The translations under genes were made by a program, and so were the position numbers. 64,000 nt of DNA. Origin: a virus. Numbering within the stretch: the first letter of the stretch is position 1; every line of letters begins with the position of its first letter. Of the stretch, positions 1 to 10,300 are shown in pieces. The notes under the pieces are model-generated. The model did no database searches and had not been told where the DNA came from. It worked only from the letters and a program-made list of their open reading frames with translations. The stretch covers positions 1-64,000 of IMG/VR virus record IMGVR_UViG_3300032323_000739. One strand, written 5' to 3'.

Positions 1-340
1 CGTTAACAATCGTAACTCCGGGAAGATGTCGTCCCCAGTCTACACTGTGTACATCACGCTTGTCTTTGTAGTACAAATCGTGATTACCTGGGAAGAAATA
101 AAAGTTATCAAATGCTTTACCTAATTTTTCCAGTGCTCGAATAGAACTGTGTAAAGTTAACATATTCAAACTGTTACGATTATGATGCCAGTCACCTAGG
201 AAGATGCCAGTGTCGCACCCTTCACGTTTGGCCTCAGCAATAAACCAATCTACAAAATCCTCGCAGTCTTGGTTATGTATAGCACTATTTGATTTTAATC
301 CGAAATGTATATCGGTAAAACAAGCAATTTTTTTAAACAT
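1..340 (-). CDS. Recombination endonuclease subunit, T4 gp47/Mre11/SbcD-like metallophosphoesterase (5' part; runs off window start)
   Basis: Manual translation from ATG at 340: MFKKIACFTDIHFG...IFLGDWHH...FFPGNHDLYY, showing the DxH, GD and GNHD calcineurin-like phosphoesterase motifs. Adjacent to gp55 as in T4-like phages. Confidence 0.9.
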   Translation of the reverse strand, partial: MFKKIACFTDIHFGLKSNSAIHNQDCEDFVDWFIAEAKREGCDTGIFLGDWHHNRNSLNMLTLHSSIRALEKLGKAFDNFYFFPGNHDLYYKDKRDVHSVDWGRHLPGVTIVN

Positions 341-375
341 AAGTCCTGTAAATATAAGTGATTAAACGAGCAATG

Positions 376-1203
376 TTAATCCCCACTGCTATCTGCTTCT
401 CTTTTCATTGCATGTTCGTATTCGGCATTGATAATTCTAGTATTACTTGGGTTCATTCCGTTCATTTCTAATATATCATCTCGAATATTTTGCATTTTCT
501 TTTCAATATTGATCACACGTACAAAACTATTAGTCACAGCCGCAGTAAAATATGCAAATGGATTGTCTGATTTTGATTCATCAAACTGTAATCCTATCTG
601 TGTTAACTGCAAAATGGCCTGACCTTTCATTTCGTCGTTATAGGTATAACCTCGAACATTGCCTCTAGTAGCATAACGTTCACAAAGTTTAATATACATA
701 CGAGCTAATGTGTTGGTAATTTGTCCGTGATCTTTTGAAAACTTGCCGGTCTTGACTCCGCCTTTCCAATGGCTTTTGCCTACACATTCTAAATTATCAT
801 TCTCATCAAACTTCCAATGTTGGAAAGCAGGAAAGTTTACTTTTTCTTTGGCATCTGCGGCGCTTTTTACTGATTTTTTACGTCCAGGAGCATCTGGAAT
901 ATGATCGTATGTCATAATACGAAATACTAGATCAGTTTTTTCAATCTTTTTATAATCAACTTCAAATTCTGCTAGTTTGACTTTGTTGTTTAATGCTTTG
1001 GCTGCTTCAAACGCTTGTTGTGCTAGACGTTTAGCTCTGTTTCTTTTGGCTTCTGCTATAGTTCTTACATTAATTTTTTCTAAACTAGGCAAAATTAAAT
1101 CATATTGATGATGCTCTTGTTTAGCGAAACTGCTGTAGGAACACTTACTTTTATGTATTTCTGCTAACAGATCCTTGTTGTTAAGATAGTTTACTTTTTT
1201 CAT
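376..1203 (-). CDS. Late-transcription sigma factor, T4 gp55-like, with a long internal insertion
   Basis: N-terminal NYLNNKDLL and C-terminal GYTYNDEM...FDESKSDNPFAYFTAAVTNSFVRVINIEKK resemble the gp55 motifs (YVNNKELL...FDETK..NPHAYIT...NAFVQRI). Next to gp47; RBS GAGGAG upstream. Confidence 0.8.
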   Translation of the reverse strand: MKKVNYLNNKDLLAEIHKSKCSYSSFAKQEHHQYDLILPSLEKINVRTIAEAKRNRAKRLAQQAFEAAKALNNKVKLAEFEVDYKKIEKTDLVFRIMTYDHIPDAPGRKKSVKSAADAKEKVNFPAFQHWKFDENDNLECVGKSHWKGGVKTGKFSKDHGQITNTLARMYIKLCERYATRGNVRGYTYNDEMKGQAILQLTQIGLQFDESKSDNPFAYFTAAVTNSFVRVINIEKKMQNIRDDILEMNGMNPSNTRIINAEYEHAMKREADSSGD

Positions 1204-1228
1204 TGTTATTATAGTACTCCTCTATAAC

Positions 1229-1257
1229 ATTATAAAACCAGCGGTTTTAAAAGTCAA
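1229..1257 (-). promoter_or_regulatory. Host sigma70-type promoter for gp55/gp47: TTGACT-N17-TATAAT, with a 7-bp dyad overlapping the spacer
   Basis: Minus strand -35 TTGACT at 1257-1252, 17-nt spacer, -10 TATAAT at 1234-1229. Dyad TAAAACC-AGC-GGTTTTA at 1233-1249. Confidence 0.8.
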
Positions 1258-1263
1258 TAAATA
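1256..1263 (+). promoter_or_regulatory. Putative gp55-dependent late promoter (AATAAATA)
   Basis: Resembles the T4 late promoter TATAAATA. Lies upstream of the RBS CGGAGA and the first structural gene; the motif recurs before other structural genes. Confidence 0.7.
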
Positions 1264-1285
1264 TGTGTAACGGAGATAGCCAAAT

Positions 1286-2134
1286 ATGCCATTAGATAGA
1301 ATAAGTAGTTTCGCATCGGGTGCTAGAACTTTAGGTTCTACAGTTGGCGGAAATGTAGGCAATGCCATTGGTGCTGTAGGTGGCCTAGTAGGCGGAGCCA
1401 CTAGTTTAATTAGAAGTATACTGCCTAAAGGCGGTGTTCCTAGCGGAGCATCGGGCGCAACTAAAGCCACATTTTCTGGGCCCACTAGTGCTAAAGATTG
1501 GCGTGTGAAGTTAAGTTTACCTCCAGGTGTTTATCAAGAAAGTTTTATACTAGAACCACTAAAAGCCACTAACGGATTTGTGTTTCCTTACACACCTAGT
1601 ATCAGTCTTAGCCATCAGGCTAACTATCAAACTGTTGAACCAGTGCATAATAATTATGCATTTCTCAGTTATGAAAACAGTAAGATTGATAGAATATCTA
1701 TTACTGGAGACTTTTATTGTGAAGATGGCACAGAAGCCGCTTATTGGATAGCCGCAGTACACTACCTTCGCAGTGTGACAAAAATGTATTACGGTGAAAA
1801 AACAGAAAATGCAGGCAGTCCTCCTCCTATAGTAAAATTAAACGGCTATGGCGACTTTGTGTTTGCTAATGTTCCAGTGGTAATTACAAATTTCACAGTA
1901 GAACTACCAAAAGATGTAGACTACATACCTGCAAAATTTACAGGAGGTATTCCTGTGGTAACAGATGTTGACAGCGGTATTCAACGCAAAGACGGTATAG
2001 GATATGCACCAGTTAGAAGTACACTTACTGTGACTTGCCAACCAGTTTACAGTAGAACTAAAGTTCGAAATTTTAATCTCAATGATTTTGTTAACGGTGC
2101 CTACATTGGTAAAGAAGGCGGAGGTTACATTTAA
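1286..2134 (+). CDS. Baseplate tail-tube initiator-like protein (gp48/gp54 or CIS tube-initiator-like)
   Basis: FPYTP.I...PPP.V.L..YG...F.NVPVV.T.F pattern typical of tube initiators; first gene of the baseplate cluster. Confidence 0.55.
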   Translation: MPLDRISSFASGARTLGSTVGGNVGNAIGAVGGLVGGATSLIRSILPKGGVPSGASGATKATFSGPTSAKDWRVKLSLPPGVYQESFILEPLKATNGFVFPYTPSISLSHQANYQTVEPVHNNYAFLSYENSKIDRISITGDFYCEDGTEAAYWIAAVHYLRSVTKMYYGEKTENAGSPPPIVKLNGYGDFVFANVPVVITNFTVELPKDVDYIPAKFTGGIPVVTDVDSGIQRKDGIGYAPVRSTLTVTCQPVYSRTKVRNFNLNDFVNGAYIGKEGGGYI

Positions 2135-2436
2135 TGGCTGCAAAATACGCAAACTCTAGTCCTTGGTTTAACACTAAAGTTCGTGCAGGTTATCTCGATA
2201 CAATGGCTATACGACCAGTGTCTGCTGAGCCGGATGATATTTTATATGCAATAGAGCCACAGTTCAACTATCGCCCTGACTTATTGTCTACATATCTATA
2301 TGATACACCTAAACTATGGTGGGTTTTTGCACAACGCAATCTTGATGTTATTAGAGATCCAATATTTGATTTTAAATCTGGAACAGAAATTTACATACCT
2401 AAAAAACCAAGCCTGTTTAAAGTTCTAGGAATTTAA
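2134..2436 (+). CDS. Baseplate wedge subunit, gp53/LysM-like
   Basis: YRPDLLS..LYDTPKLWWVFAQRN...DP...F..G..IYIP LysM-like pattern; synteny. Confidence 0.75.
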   Translation: MAAKYANSSPWFNTKVRAGYLDTMAIRPVSAEPDDILYAIEPQFNYRPDLLSTYLYDTPKLWWVFAQRNLDVIRDPIFDFKSGTEIYIPKKPSLFKVLGI

Positions 2437-2442
2437 TAACCT

Positions 2443-5409
2443 ATGAGTAAAACACAACAGATTCTTGGAGCCGAGGGGTACGAAAATTATCGTCGATATA
2501 TCCTGCAAAAAGAAAGTTCTGGCGATTACGCAGTAGTAAACCGTCTAGGATTCATGGGTGGGTATCAGATGGGAGTGCCTGCTCTCAAAGATGCAGGACT
2601 GATAAGACGTGATGCTCCTAACAGTAACTCAGCCGCACTCAACGACAGCAATTGGACAATACCGGGCGGTCGACAAGCATTTCTAAATAATCCAGCACTG
2701 CAAGACAAAGCATTTGCTACTTACACTGATAAAAATTTAGGTTATCTAAATGCCAGTCGTGTAATAGGGCCTAATACATCCGCTGAACAAACAGCAGGTT
2801 ATCTAGGTGCTTCGCACCTAGTAGGTGCCGGAGCAGTCAACGCAGATAGATCTCTCAGCAAAAAAGACGCCAACGGTGTACAAGCAAAATCCTATTATGA
2901 TGGGGCAGCCGGTGCAGTATCAGGAAAAACGCCTGTGCCTCCTGCCGGAGCAGCCAAACCTGGGGCAAAACCTAAAACAGAACAAAGACCTCGAGAAGTT
3001 TACAGTGGTAAAAACGTTAATCTAGGAGACAGTGGAGTTGGAACTAATATTCCTGTAAGTTACACTCCTCCGGGTAATGTTGATATTGTACTACCACAGC
3101 CCAATCCTTTGAGATCCTTTGCTAGTTTTACTACTATTATCACATTAAGTTGTCTAACAGCAGACGAATACAACTATCCAGAACAAAGTTATAAAGCAGG
3201 AAGATTGGGAAAAATTATTGCTAAATCTGGCGGCAGCGGCGATCAAGTAGTAAGTCTTGCCGCAGAAACTAGCGACAACAGATCTGGAAAATATGAATTT
3301 TTTATTACAGATTTTGAATTTGAACTTGAAGCAACTTTTAATAGATTAACGTTAGGCAGTAACTTGACAGACATGAAAATGACTATCATAGAGCCTTATA
3401 GTATGGGAATGCTGTTTCAAGCTCTAGAAGTAGCCGCTAGAGAAAACGGTCACGAAACTGGGTATAACTTGGCTCCGTTTTTAATTACTATAGAATTTGT
3501 AGGGTGGGATGACAATGGAAATTCTCATAAAGTTCCTAACACTACAAGACATTTACCTGTGCATTTAGTAGACATGAGCATGGAAGTTACTGGGGCAGGA
3601 TCCACTTATAGTCTACAGGCTATTGCGTATAACGAAACAGCAGTATCAGATTTGAATAATGTTTTTAAAACAGATATTGGCATTGCAGGTAGTACTGTTC
3701 AAGAAATATTACAATCTGGCGAGTTTAGTTTACAGGCAGTAATTAATAAACGAATTCAAGAAATGAACTCTAAAGAAAAAGTCAAAGGCCTGCCAGATGA
3801 AATACTAATTGTGTTTCCTAAAGATTCGACAAATATTGCTAACAGTGAATCTAACTCGGACAACGAAGATGAAAACAATAATCAAGACAATGATCAGTTA
3901 ATAGATTTAAACGACCGAACAGCAACACAAGATCCTAATGAAAGTAAATCAGTAGATTTTACAACAAGAATTAATGCCACAAGGGGTGCGAATAATCTAG
4001 TAGTACAGGATAACAGTACTCTTAATGATATAGGTATATCATCAATGGATTTTTCTCAGTCAATGGCTGGCGAAAGTAAACAGGTACAAACTAATGTTGC
4101 TCAACCAGATGCATCTAAAGGCATAAGAAGAAAAAATGCCACATATGATCCTAAGAGTCGACTATTTGTTTTTGAACAAGGGTCTACAATAATAAACGCA
4201 ATCACTAATGTAATAGTAGTCAGTGAATATGGTAAATCGGCTGTAGAAAAAGCCAACAAGGATCCTAGCGGATTAATTCCTTGGTTTAGAATTGAAACCG
4301 CAGTATATATTAAACCTAGTGAAGAAGGTAATCTAGGAAAAAACAGACCGCCTGTGGCAATAGTGTTTAAGGTAGTACCTTATTTCGTACACAGTGCCAA
4401 ATATAAAAGAGCAAACTCTGAACCTAAAGGATTAGACTGGCTCACAGAAGAAACAGCCAAAGTTTATGATTATATCTATACTGGTAAAAACGAAGAAATT
4501 ATAGATTTTAAATTAAACTTTACAACATTATTTGGTACACCACAACTAGCAGACAACGGTCTATTAAATGCCGCAACATTTTATTCGACTAAAAATTCTG
4601 CAGGATTACCAGACACTAGTCCAATTATCTCCAGCAACGAGTCTGGAGAAATAGAAGGGAACAACGGCAAAACAGACGGACAAAACACAGAAGTAAATGC
4701 ACTTGTTGGAGGAACTCCGGCCGCAGATCATCGAACGTTAATAGCACAAATGTTTAACTATGCGATATTAAACGATATGAGCACAGATGTTGTACAAGTA
4801 GAATTACAAATACAAGGAGATCCGTATTTCATTGCTGACAGCGGCATTGGTAATTTTAGCAACACTGGATCTGGTAGATTTAATATTACAGAAGATGTTG
4901 CCATGGATTATCAAAGTGGTATAGTTACTGTGATTTTAAATTTTAGAACACCTATAGATTACGGCCCAACTGGAATTATGGAGTTTGGAGTTAACACCGA
5001 AGTACTAGAAGAGTTTAGTGGATTGTACGAATTAGTTTTAACAAAATCTGCAGTTAGCAAAGGTAAGTTTACACAATTATTGACCTTAAACAGAATAGAC
5101 AATCAGAAACCAAGACCCCAAGTATTAGCAGGAGCATCAACAACCGATGCCGTAGCAGAAAGAGCCAACGGTAGTGAAGAATTACGAGACGAAACGGGAC
5201 AGTTAAGTACAATAAGAAGAAATACTGAAACAGGTGATTTATATGACTCTACAGGACTATATGATGATAACGGTAGAGCCACATTTGATCCCAATAACCC
5301 AGCCGCAAGAACTAAAGTAAGAACATCACCGGCTGTGGCCAATGCTGAGATGTTAGTAGAATCTAGCACTCCCGAAAATACTTTTTCTTCTGATTACATA
5401 GCACCATAA
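2443..5409 (+). CDS. Baseplate hub (gp27-like) with N-terminal lysozyme/transglycosylase-like domain
   Basis: Residues about 1-155 have KESSG...G.YQMG...DANG lysozyme-like motifs, followed by a Pro/Ala/Lys linker. The C-terminal hub has V.L.I.GDP and FSG.Y.....S....GKFTQ.L.L.R. Lies between gp53 and gp5. Confidence 0.65.
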   Translation: MSKTQQILGAEGYENYRRYILQKESSGDYAVVNRLGFMGGYQMGVPALKDAGLIRRDAPNSNSAALNDSNWTIPGGRQAFLNNPALQDKAFATYTDKNLGYLNASRVIGPNTSAEQTAGYLGASHLVGAGAVNADRSLSKKDANGVQAKSYYDGAAGAVSGKTPVPPAGAAKPGAKPKTEQRPREVYSGKNVNLGDSGVGTNIPVSYTPPGNVDIVLPQPNPLRSFASFTTIITLSCLTADEYNYPEQSYKAGRLGKIIAKSGGSGDQVVSLAAETSDNRSGKYEFFITDFEFELEATFNRLTLGSNLTDMKMTIIEPYSMGMLFQALEVAARENGHETGYNLAPFLITIEFVGWDDNGNSHKVPNTTRHLPVHLVDMSMEVTGAGSTYSLQAIAYNETAVSDLNNVFKTDIGIAGSTVQEILQSGEFSLQAVINKRIQEMNSKEKVKGLPDEILIVFPKDSTNIANSESNSDNEDENNNQDNDQLIDLNDRTATQDPNESKSVDFTTRINATRGANNLVVQDNSTLNDIGISSMDFSQSMAGESKQVQTNVAQPDASKGIRRKNATYDPKSRLFVFEQGSTIINAITNVIVVSEYGKSAVEKANKDPSGLIPWFRIETAVYIKPSEEGNLGKNRPPVAIVFKVVPYFVHSAKYKRANSEPKGLDWLTEETAKVYDYIYTGKNEEIIDFKLNFTTLFGTPQLADNGLLNAATFYSTKNSAGLPDTSPIISSNESGEIEGNNGKTDGQNTEVNALVGGTPAADHRTLIAQMFNYAILNDMSTDVVQVELQIQGDPYFIADSGIGNFSNTGSGRFNITEDVAMDYQSGIVTVILNFRTPIDYGPTGIMEFGVNTEVLEEFSGLYELVLTKSAVSKGKFTQLLTLNRIDNQKPRPQVLAGASTTDAVAERANGSEELRDETGQLSTIRRNTETGDLYDSTGLYDDNGRATFDPNNPAARTKVRTSPAVANAEMLVESSTPENTFSSDYIAP

Positions 5410-5410
5410 T

Positions 5411-6802
5411 ATGCCAGAAATAAGACGAACGCCAGAAAATCAAAGCCCACTAGGACCCGGTCCCTACTTGGCTAAAATTGTTAGCCACCTTGATCCAAAA
5501 TACATGGGTACACTGCAAGTCCAACTATTGAGAGATGTTGGTAACTTACCTAATCGCGTGGGTAATACTATTCCGGTAAAATATCTCAGTCCGTTCTATG
5601 GAGTTACAGCATTAGAGCATACTGGTAATAACAATACATATAACGACACACAAAAAAGTTACGGTTTTTGGATGGTACCGCCAGATGTTGGTACAACAGT
5701 CATGGTAATTTTTGTTGATGGTGATATTAAACAAGGATATTGGATTGGTTGTGTTCAAGACGAGTTTATGAACTTTATGACTCCGGGATTAGCCGCAACA
5801 GAGCTACACAACGAGACAGGATCGGGCAAACGTGTAGTAGCAGAATTTAATAAACGATTAAATGATCAAACACAAACTGACACAACATTAATTAAAAAAC
5901 CTGTACACCCTTTTGATCAAGTATTATCGGCCCAAGGACTTGCCGGGGATGAAACTAGAGGAACAACTACTTCTAGTGCAAGACGAGATTTGCCTAGTAT
6001 GGTATTCGGTATTAGCACTCCGGGCCCAGTAGATAGAAGAAGTGGTGCTAAAAAAGGAACTACTGGTTTTCAAGAAAGCCGTGTAACAGGCACATTTGTT
6101 AGTCGATTGGGCGGCAGTACTTTTGTCATGGATGACGGTGACGAAAACTTTTTACGAGTTGGCCCGGCTAGCGAAGCACCTAGTCAATATGTCAGCGTTG
6201 AAAATGATGAAACGGGCGGAGATCCAACTATTCCACACAACGAACTAGTACGTATTAGAACACGCACAGGTCATCAAATACTTTTACACAACAGTGAAGA
6301 TTTAATTTACATTGGTAATGCTAGGGGAACTACTTGGATAGAACTTACTAGTAATGGTAAAATTGATATCTATGCCGCAGACAGTGTTAGCATACACACT
6401 AAAGCAGATCTTAATGTCACCGCAGACAGAGATATAAATCTTAAAGCAGGGCGTAATGTTAATATTAAAGCCGGTGAAAAGTTTCATGCTGAAAGTGGTG
6501 CAGATTGGGCGGCACTAAGTGGCGCTAATACCTTTATTACCACATCAGGGACAACAAACATCAACAGTGGTGGCAATCATTTAGAAACAGCGGCACAGAT
6601 TCACATGAACGGGCCAGCCGCAGGCACAGCCAGTGCAGGGCCTGATCCTAAACGTGTGCCACAAGCAGAACCGTGGGGAGGACATGAAAATTTAAACCCT
6701 TCGGGACATACTCCGGAAGTTACAGATGCATCTTCTAGTAGCCAAGTAAAAAATGGTACAGTGGGTAAAACACTAGATACCTTTAAGAAAACAGGCAAAT
6801 AA
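5411..6802 (+). CDS. Baseplate central spike, gp5/VgrG-like (OB fold plus beta-helix, no internal lysozyme)
   Basis: DPKYMG.LQV, PPDVGT.V.V.F..GD...YWIG OB-fold motif; RTRTGHQI; beta-helix repeats (ADRDINLKAGRNVNIKAG). Confidence 0.85.
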   Translation: MPEIRRTPENQSPLGPGPYLAKIVSHLDPKYMGTLQVQLLRDVGNLPNRVGNTIPVKYLSPFYGVTALEHTGNNNTYNDTQKSYGFWMVPPDVGTTVMVIFVDGDIKQGYWIGCVQDEFMNFMTPGLAATELHNETGSGKRVVAEFNKRLNDQTQTDTTLIKKPVHPFDQVLSAQGLAGDETRGTTTSSARRDLPSMVFGISTPGPVDRRSGAKKGTTGFQESRVTGTFVSRLGGSTFVMDDGDENFLRVGPASEAPSQYVSVENDETGGDPTIPHNELVRIRTRTGHQILLHNSEDLIYIGNARGTTWIELTSNGKIDIYAADSVSIHTKADLNVTADRDINLKAGRNVNIKAGEKFHAESGADWAALSGANTFITTSGTTNINSGGNHLETAAQIHMNGPAAGTASAGPDPKRVPQAEPWGGHENLNPSGHTPEVTDASSSSQVKNGTVGKTLDTFKKTGK

Positions 6803-6805
6803 ATA
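6798..6805 (+). promoter_or_regulatory. Putative late promoter AATAAATA, 5 nt before the gp25 ATG (probable leaderless mRNA)
   Basis: The motif overlaps the gp5 stop codon. No Shine-Dalgarno sequence between the motif and ATG 6811. Confidence 0.5.
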
Positions 6806-6810
6806 AAGTT

Positions 6811-7251
6811 ATGGCATTAGAAAAAAACCTTATTAGCAGAACAGTTGTACAAGGTAATCAAAAACAAACGGTTGCCGGAAGCCGTACCTACAGAGGTTTA
6901 AGTACTATAGCAGATCCTGCAGGCAGTTTTGCTCTTTATGATATTGCTTTAATTAAACAGGATATTATCAATCACTTTCATATTCGCAAAGGCGAACGCT
7001 TAGAAAGACCTGAATTTGGCACTATTATTTGGGACGCACTGTTTGAGCCTTTAACAGAAGAACTTAAAGAAATCATAGCACAGGACGTTACTACAATTAT
7101 AAATTTTGATCCACGTGTTAAAGTTGATAGGATTGTAGTCAGTGAATACGAAAGTGGACTACAAATAGAGTGCGAACTAACATACTTGCCCTACAACATA
7201 TCTGAACAACTGCGTTTTCAGTTTGATCAAGACAACAGTATCCTAGCATAA
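6811..7251 (+). CDS. Baseplate wedge subunit gp25-like
   Basis: IKQDI.NHF..RKGER...PEFG..IWD.LFEP...DPRV, the gp25/GPW signature. Confidence 0.9.
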   Translation: MALEKNLISRTVVQGNQKQTVAGSRTYRGLSTIADPAGSFALYDIALIKQDIINHFHIRKGERLERPEFGTIIWDALFEPLTEELKEIIAQDVTTIINFDPRVKVDRIVVSEYESGLQIECELTYLPYNISEQLRFQFDQDNSILA

Positions 7252-7275
7252 TAATCTACCCAGTTTTTTCGTTGC

Positions 7276-7283
7276 GATAAATA
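7276..7283 (+). promoter_or_regulatory. Putative late promoter GATAAATA
   Basis: Intergenic, followed by RBS GAGGGG. The 10-mer GCGATAAATA is identical at 29041-29050. Confidence 0.7.
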
Positions 7284-7301
7284 TCAGTATGAGGGGATAT
7301 T

Positions 7302-10300
7302 ATGGCCAGTGTAGATAGACAAAATAGACTAATTGTAGCGGAAGATTGGAAAAAGATATACCAAAGTTTCCGTAACGCAGATTTTCAAAGTTACGATTTC
7401 GACAATTTACGTCGTACAATGATCACGTACTTACGTGAAAATTATCCTGAAGATTTTAACGACTATATCGAAAGCAGTGAGTATCTAGCCCTCATAGATC
7501 TTATTGCGTACTTAGGTCAAAATCTTGCTTTCCGCTTTGATCTAAACAGTCGAGATAATTTTCTTGAACTAGCAGAACGTCGTGAAAGTGTGCTTCGATT
7601 GGCACGTTTATTAAGTTACAATCCTAAGCGTAATTTACCAGCCAACGGACTGTTAAAATTCACAGCAGTATCTACCACAGAAGCAGTTATTGACAGTAAT
7701 GGTCGTAACCTAGCAGGGCAGACTATAGTATGGAATGATCCAGCCAACGCTAACTGGTATGAGCAATTTATCAAGGTAATCAATGCTGCCATGACAGAAA
7801 CTATTCAGTTTGGCAAACCCCAGGATCGAGCTGTAATTTCTGGAATAAGAACAGAGCAATATCGTTTTAATGCTACTAATACTGAAGTTCCTGTTTATGC
7901 TTTTAACAAATCCATAGACGGAAGAAATACCAACTTTGAAGTTGTTAGTTGTTCATTTAAAGACAGCGATAAAATTTACGAAGAAGCACCTTTTCCTGGC
8001 AACAGTTTAGCATTCTTATATAGGGATGACGGCGGTGGTGCTCCTAGCAGTAACACAGGTTTCTTTGCACACTTCCGTCAAGGTAGTCTTCAAACAGGAA
8101 ACTTTGGCATATCAAGACCTAGTCCTAATGAAACTGTTGACATAGATAGTTCTGGAATTAATAACGACGACATTTGGTTGTATAAGTTAGACGGTATTGG
8201 TTTAGAAAATGAATTGTGGACCAAAGTTGATGCTACTGAAGGCAATAACATTATCTATAACAGCGTTAATAAAAAAATAAGAAATATCTACAGTGTGCTT
8301 TCACGTACCGGAGATCGTATACGTTTAAGTTTTGCTGACGGAGTGTTTGGAGACTTGCCACAAGGCAATTTTAAAATCTATTATCGTGTCAGCAACGGAT
8401 TACGCTATTCTGTTAATCCTAACAATATTAAAAACGTTACTATAGATATTCCTTATGTTAGTAAGAGAGGTAAACAAGAAACTATCACTGTAACACTTGG
8501 TTTAAAATATACAGTTAACAATGCGTCTGCCGCAGAAACTTCTGCCAGCATTAAACAGAAAGCCCCACAGACTTATTACACACAAGGTCGAATGATCACA
8601 GGCGAGGACTATAACGTTCTGCCGTTGAGTATCAGCCAAGAAATTATTAAAGCCAAAGCAGTTAATCGTGTTAGCAGTGGTATTAGTCGTTATTTTGATT
8701 TAAAAGACACTAGTGGAAAATACAGTAGCACTAATATATTTGGCACAGATGGTATCATTTATAAACAAGAGTTTGCTGAGACATTTAATTTTAGCGCCGC
8801 TACTAGATCAGAAATTGAAAGTGTTGTAGTTAATAAATTAAGTCCTGTGCTAAAGAAAAAGTCAGTGTATGATTTTTACCTAGATAATTTTCCACGTGTT
8901 GGATTATCGATTACTTTTGCAGATTGGAGACAAATTTCTAAGGCCACAAATGTGTCTACAGGTTATGTTAAAAATGTCGATACAGATGAACCTAAAACTG
9001 TAGGAAGTTTTACCAGCAGTAATCTTTTTTATCTAATACCGAACAGTTTAGTAAAGTTTACAGCATATGTCGAAGGTACTCCTATCAAACATTTTGATAA
9101 AAATAATCTTATCGTCGACGGTCCAGCATCTTTACCAGGTGACAAAGAATATATCTGGGCAAAAGTTATCAACGTAGTTGGTGACGGCACATACGGAGAA
9201 GATCAAATATTGCCTAACGGTGAAGGTCCAGTTAAATTTAACGAAATAATTCCTAATAATGCAGTATTAGATAGTATTGTACCAAGATTTACTAAAGCAT
9301 TAGATTCTGCTACGCAATCTCGAATTATAGATTTAATTTTTGCTAATAAAGAATTTGGACTAAGATACGACACAACAGTAACAGCATGGAAAATTGTAAC
9401 AGAAAGTAATCTTGATAAACTTTCTAATTTTAATTTAGGTAAAGCAGGAGATATTAGCAATCAACAATTAGATTCTAGTTGGTTAGTAATGTTTGAAACT
9501 GATGGAGAAACATATACAGTAACTAACAGAGGTCTTCGCTATGTTTTTGAAAGCGAAACTGAAGTTAGATTTTTCTTCGACAGCAGTGATAAAGTATATG
9601 ATACTAAGACAGGAAAAGTAATTAGAGATAGAATAACAATTCTTAGCATTAATAAACAACCAGATGTTACTTCTGCATTTATGAACGACTTTGAATGGAA
9701 TATTGTTGAAGAGTATAAAGGTGCCGACGGATACATCGATTCTAAGAAAATTTCTATTAGTTTTTCAGACACAGATGAAGACGGCGTAGTAGATGATCCA
9801 GATTTGTTTACACGTATAGTAGCCCCTACAACTAATCCTAGAGAAAAATATATTTTTCAACAGCGTAGAGTTGGATTAGATGGTGTAATAGATTATTATT
9901 ATCTAGACAATTCTAATAGTCTTATCAATGTCTACGAAACACAAGGACAAGCGGAACAAGATATTCCTACTTTTTCAAATGGAAAATTAGTCTATATAAT
10001 TAACGAGGATCTTGTAAAAACTTTTAATTCTGCCACAACTAGTTTTACTATTAATACAGAATATCGATCATACCAAGGAAGAAATTCTATTAAATTTCAG
10101 TATATACATGCCGCAGACGAAAGCAGTCGTTTAGACCCAGCGGCTACAAACATCGTTGATGTTTATATGCTAACACGCAGTTATGACACAGAGTATCGAC
10201 GTTGGCTCAAAGGAGAGATAGACAGTAAGCCCTTACCTTTAAGCAGTGATTCTTTGTTTGTTAATTTTGGTAGCAATCTTAACAAAATAAAATCGGTCAG

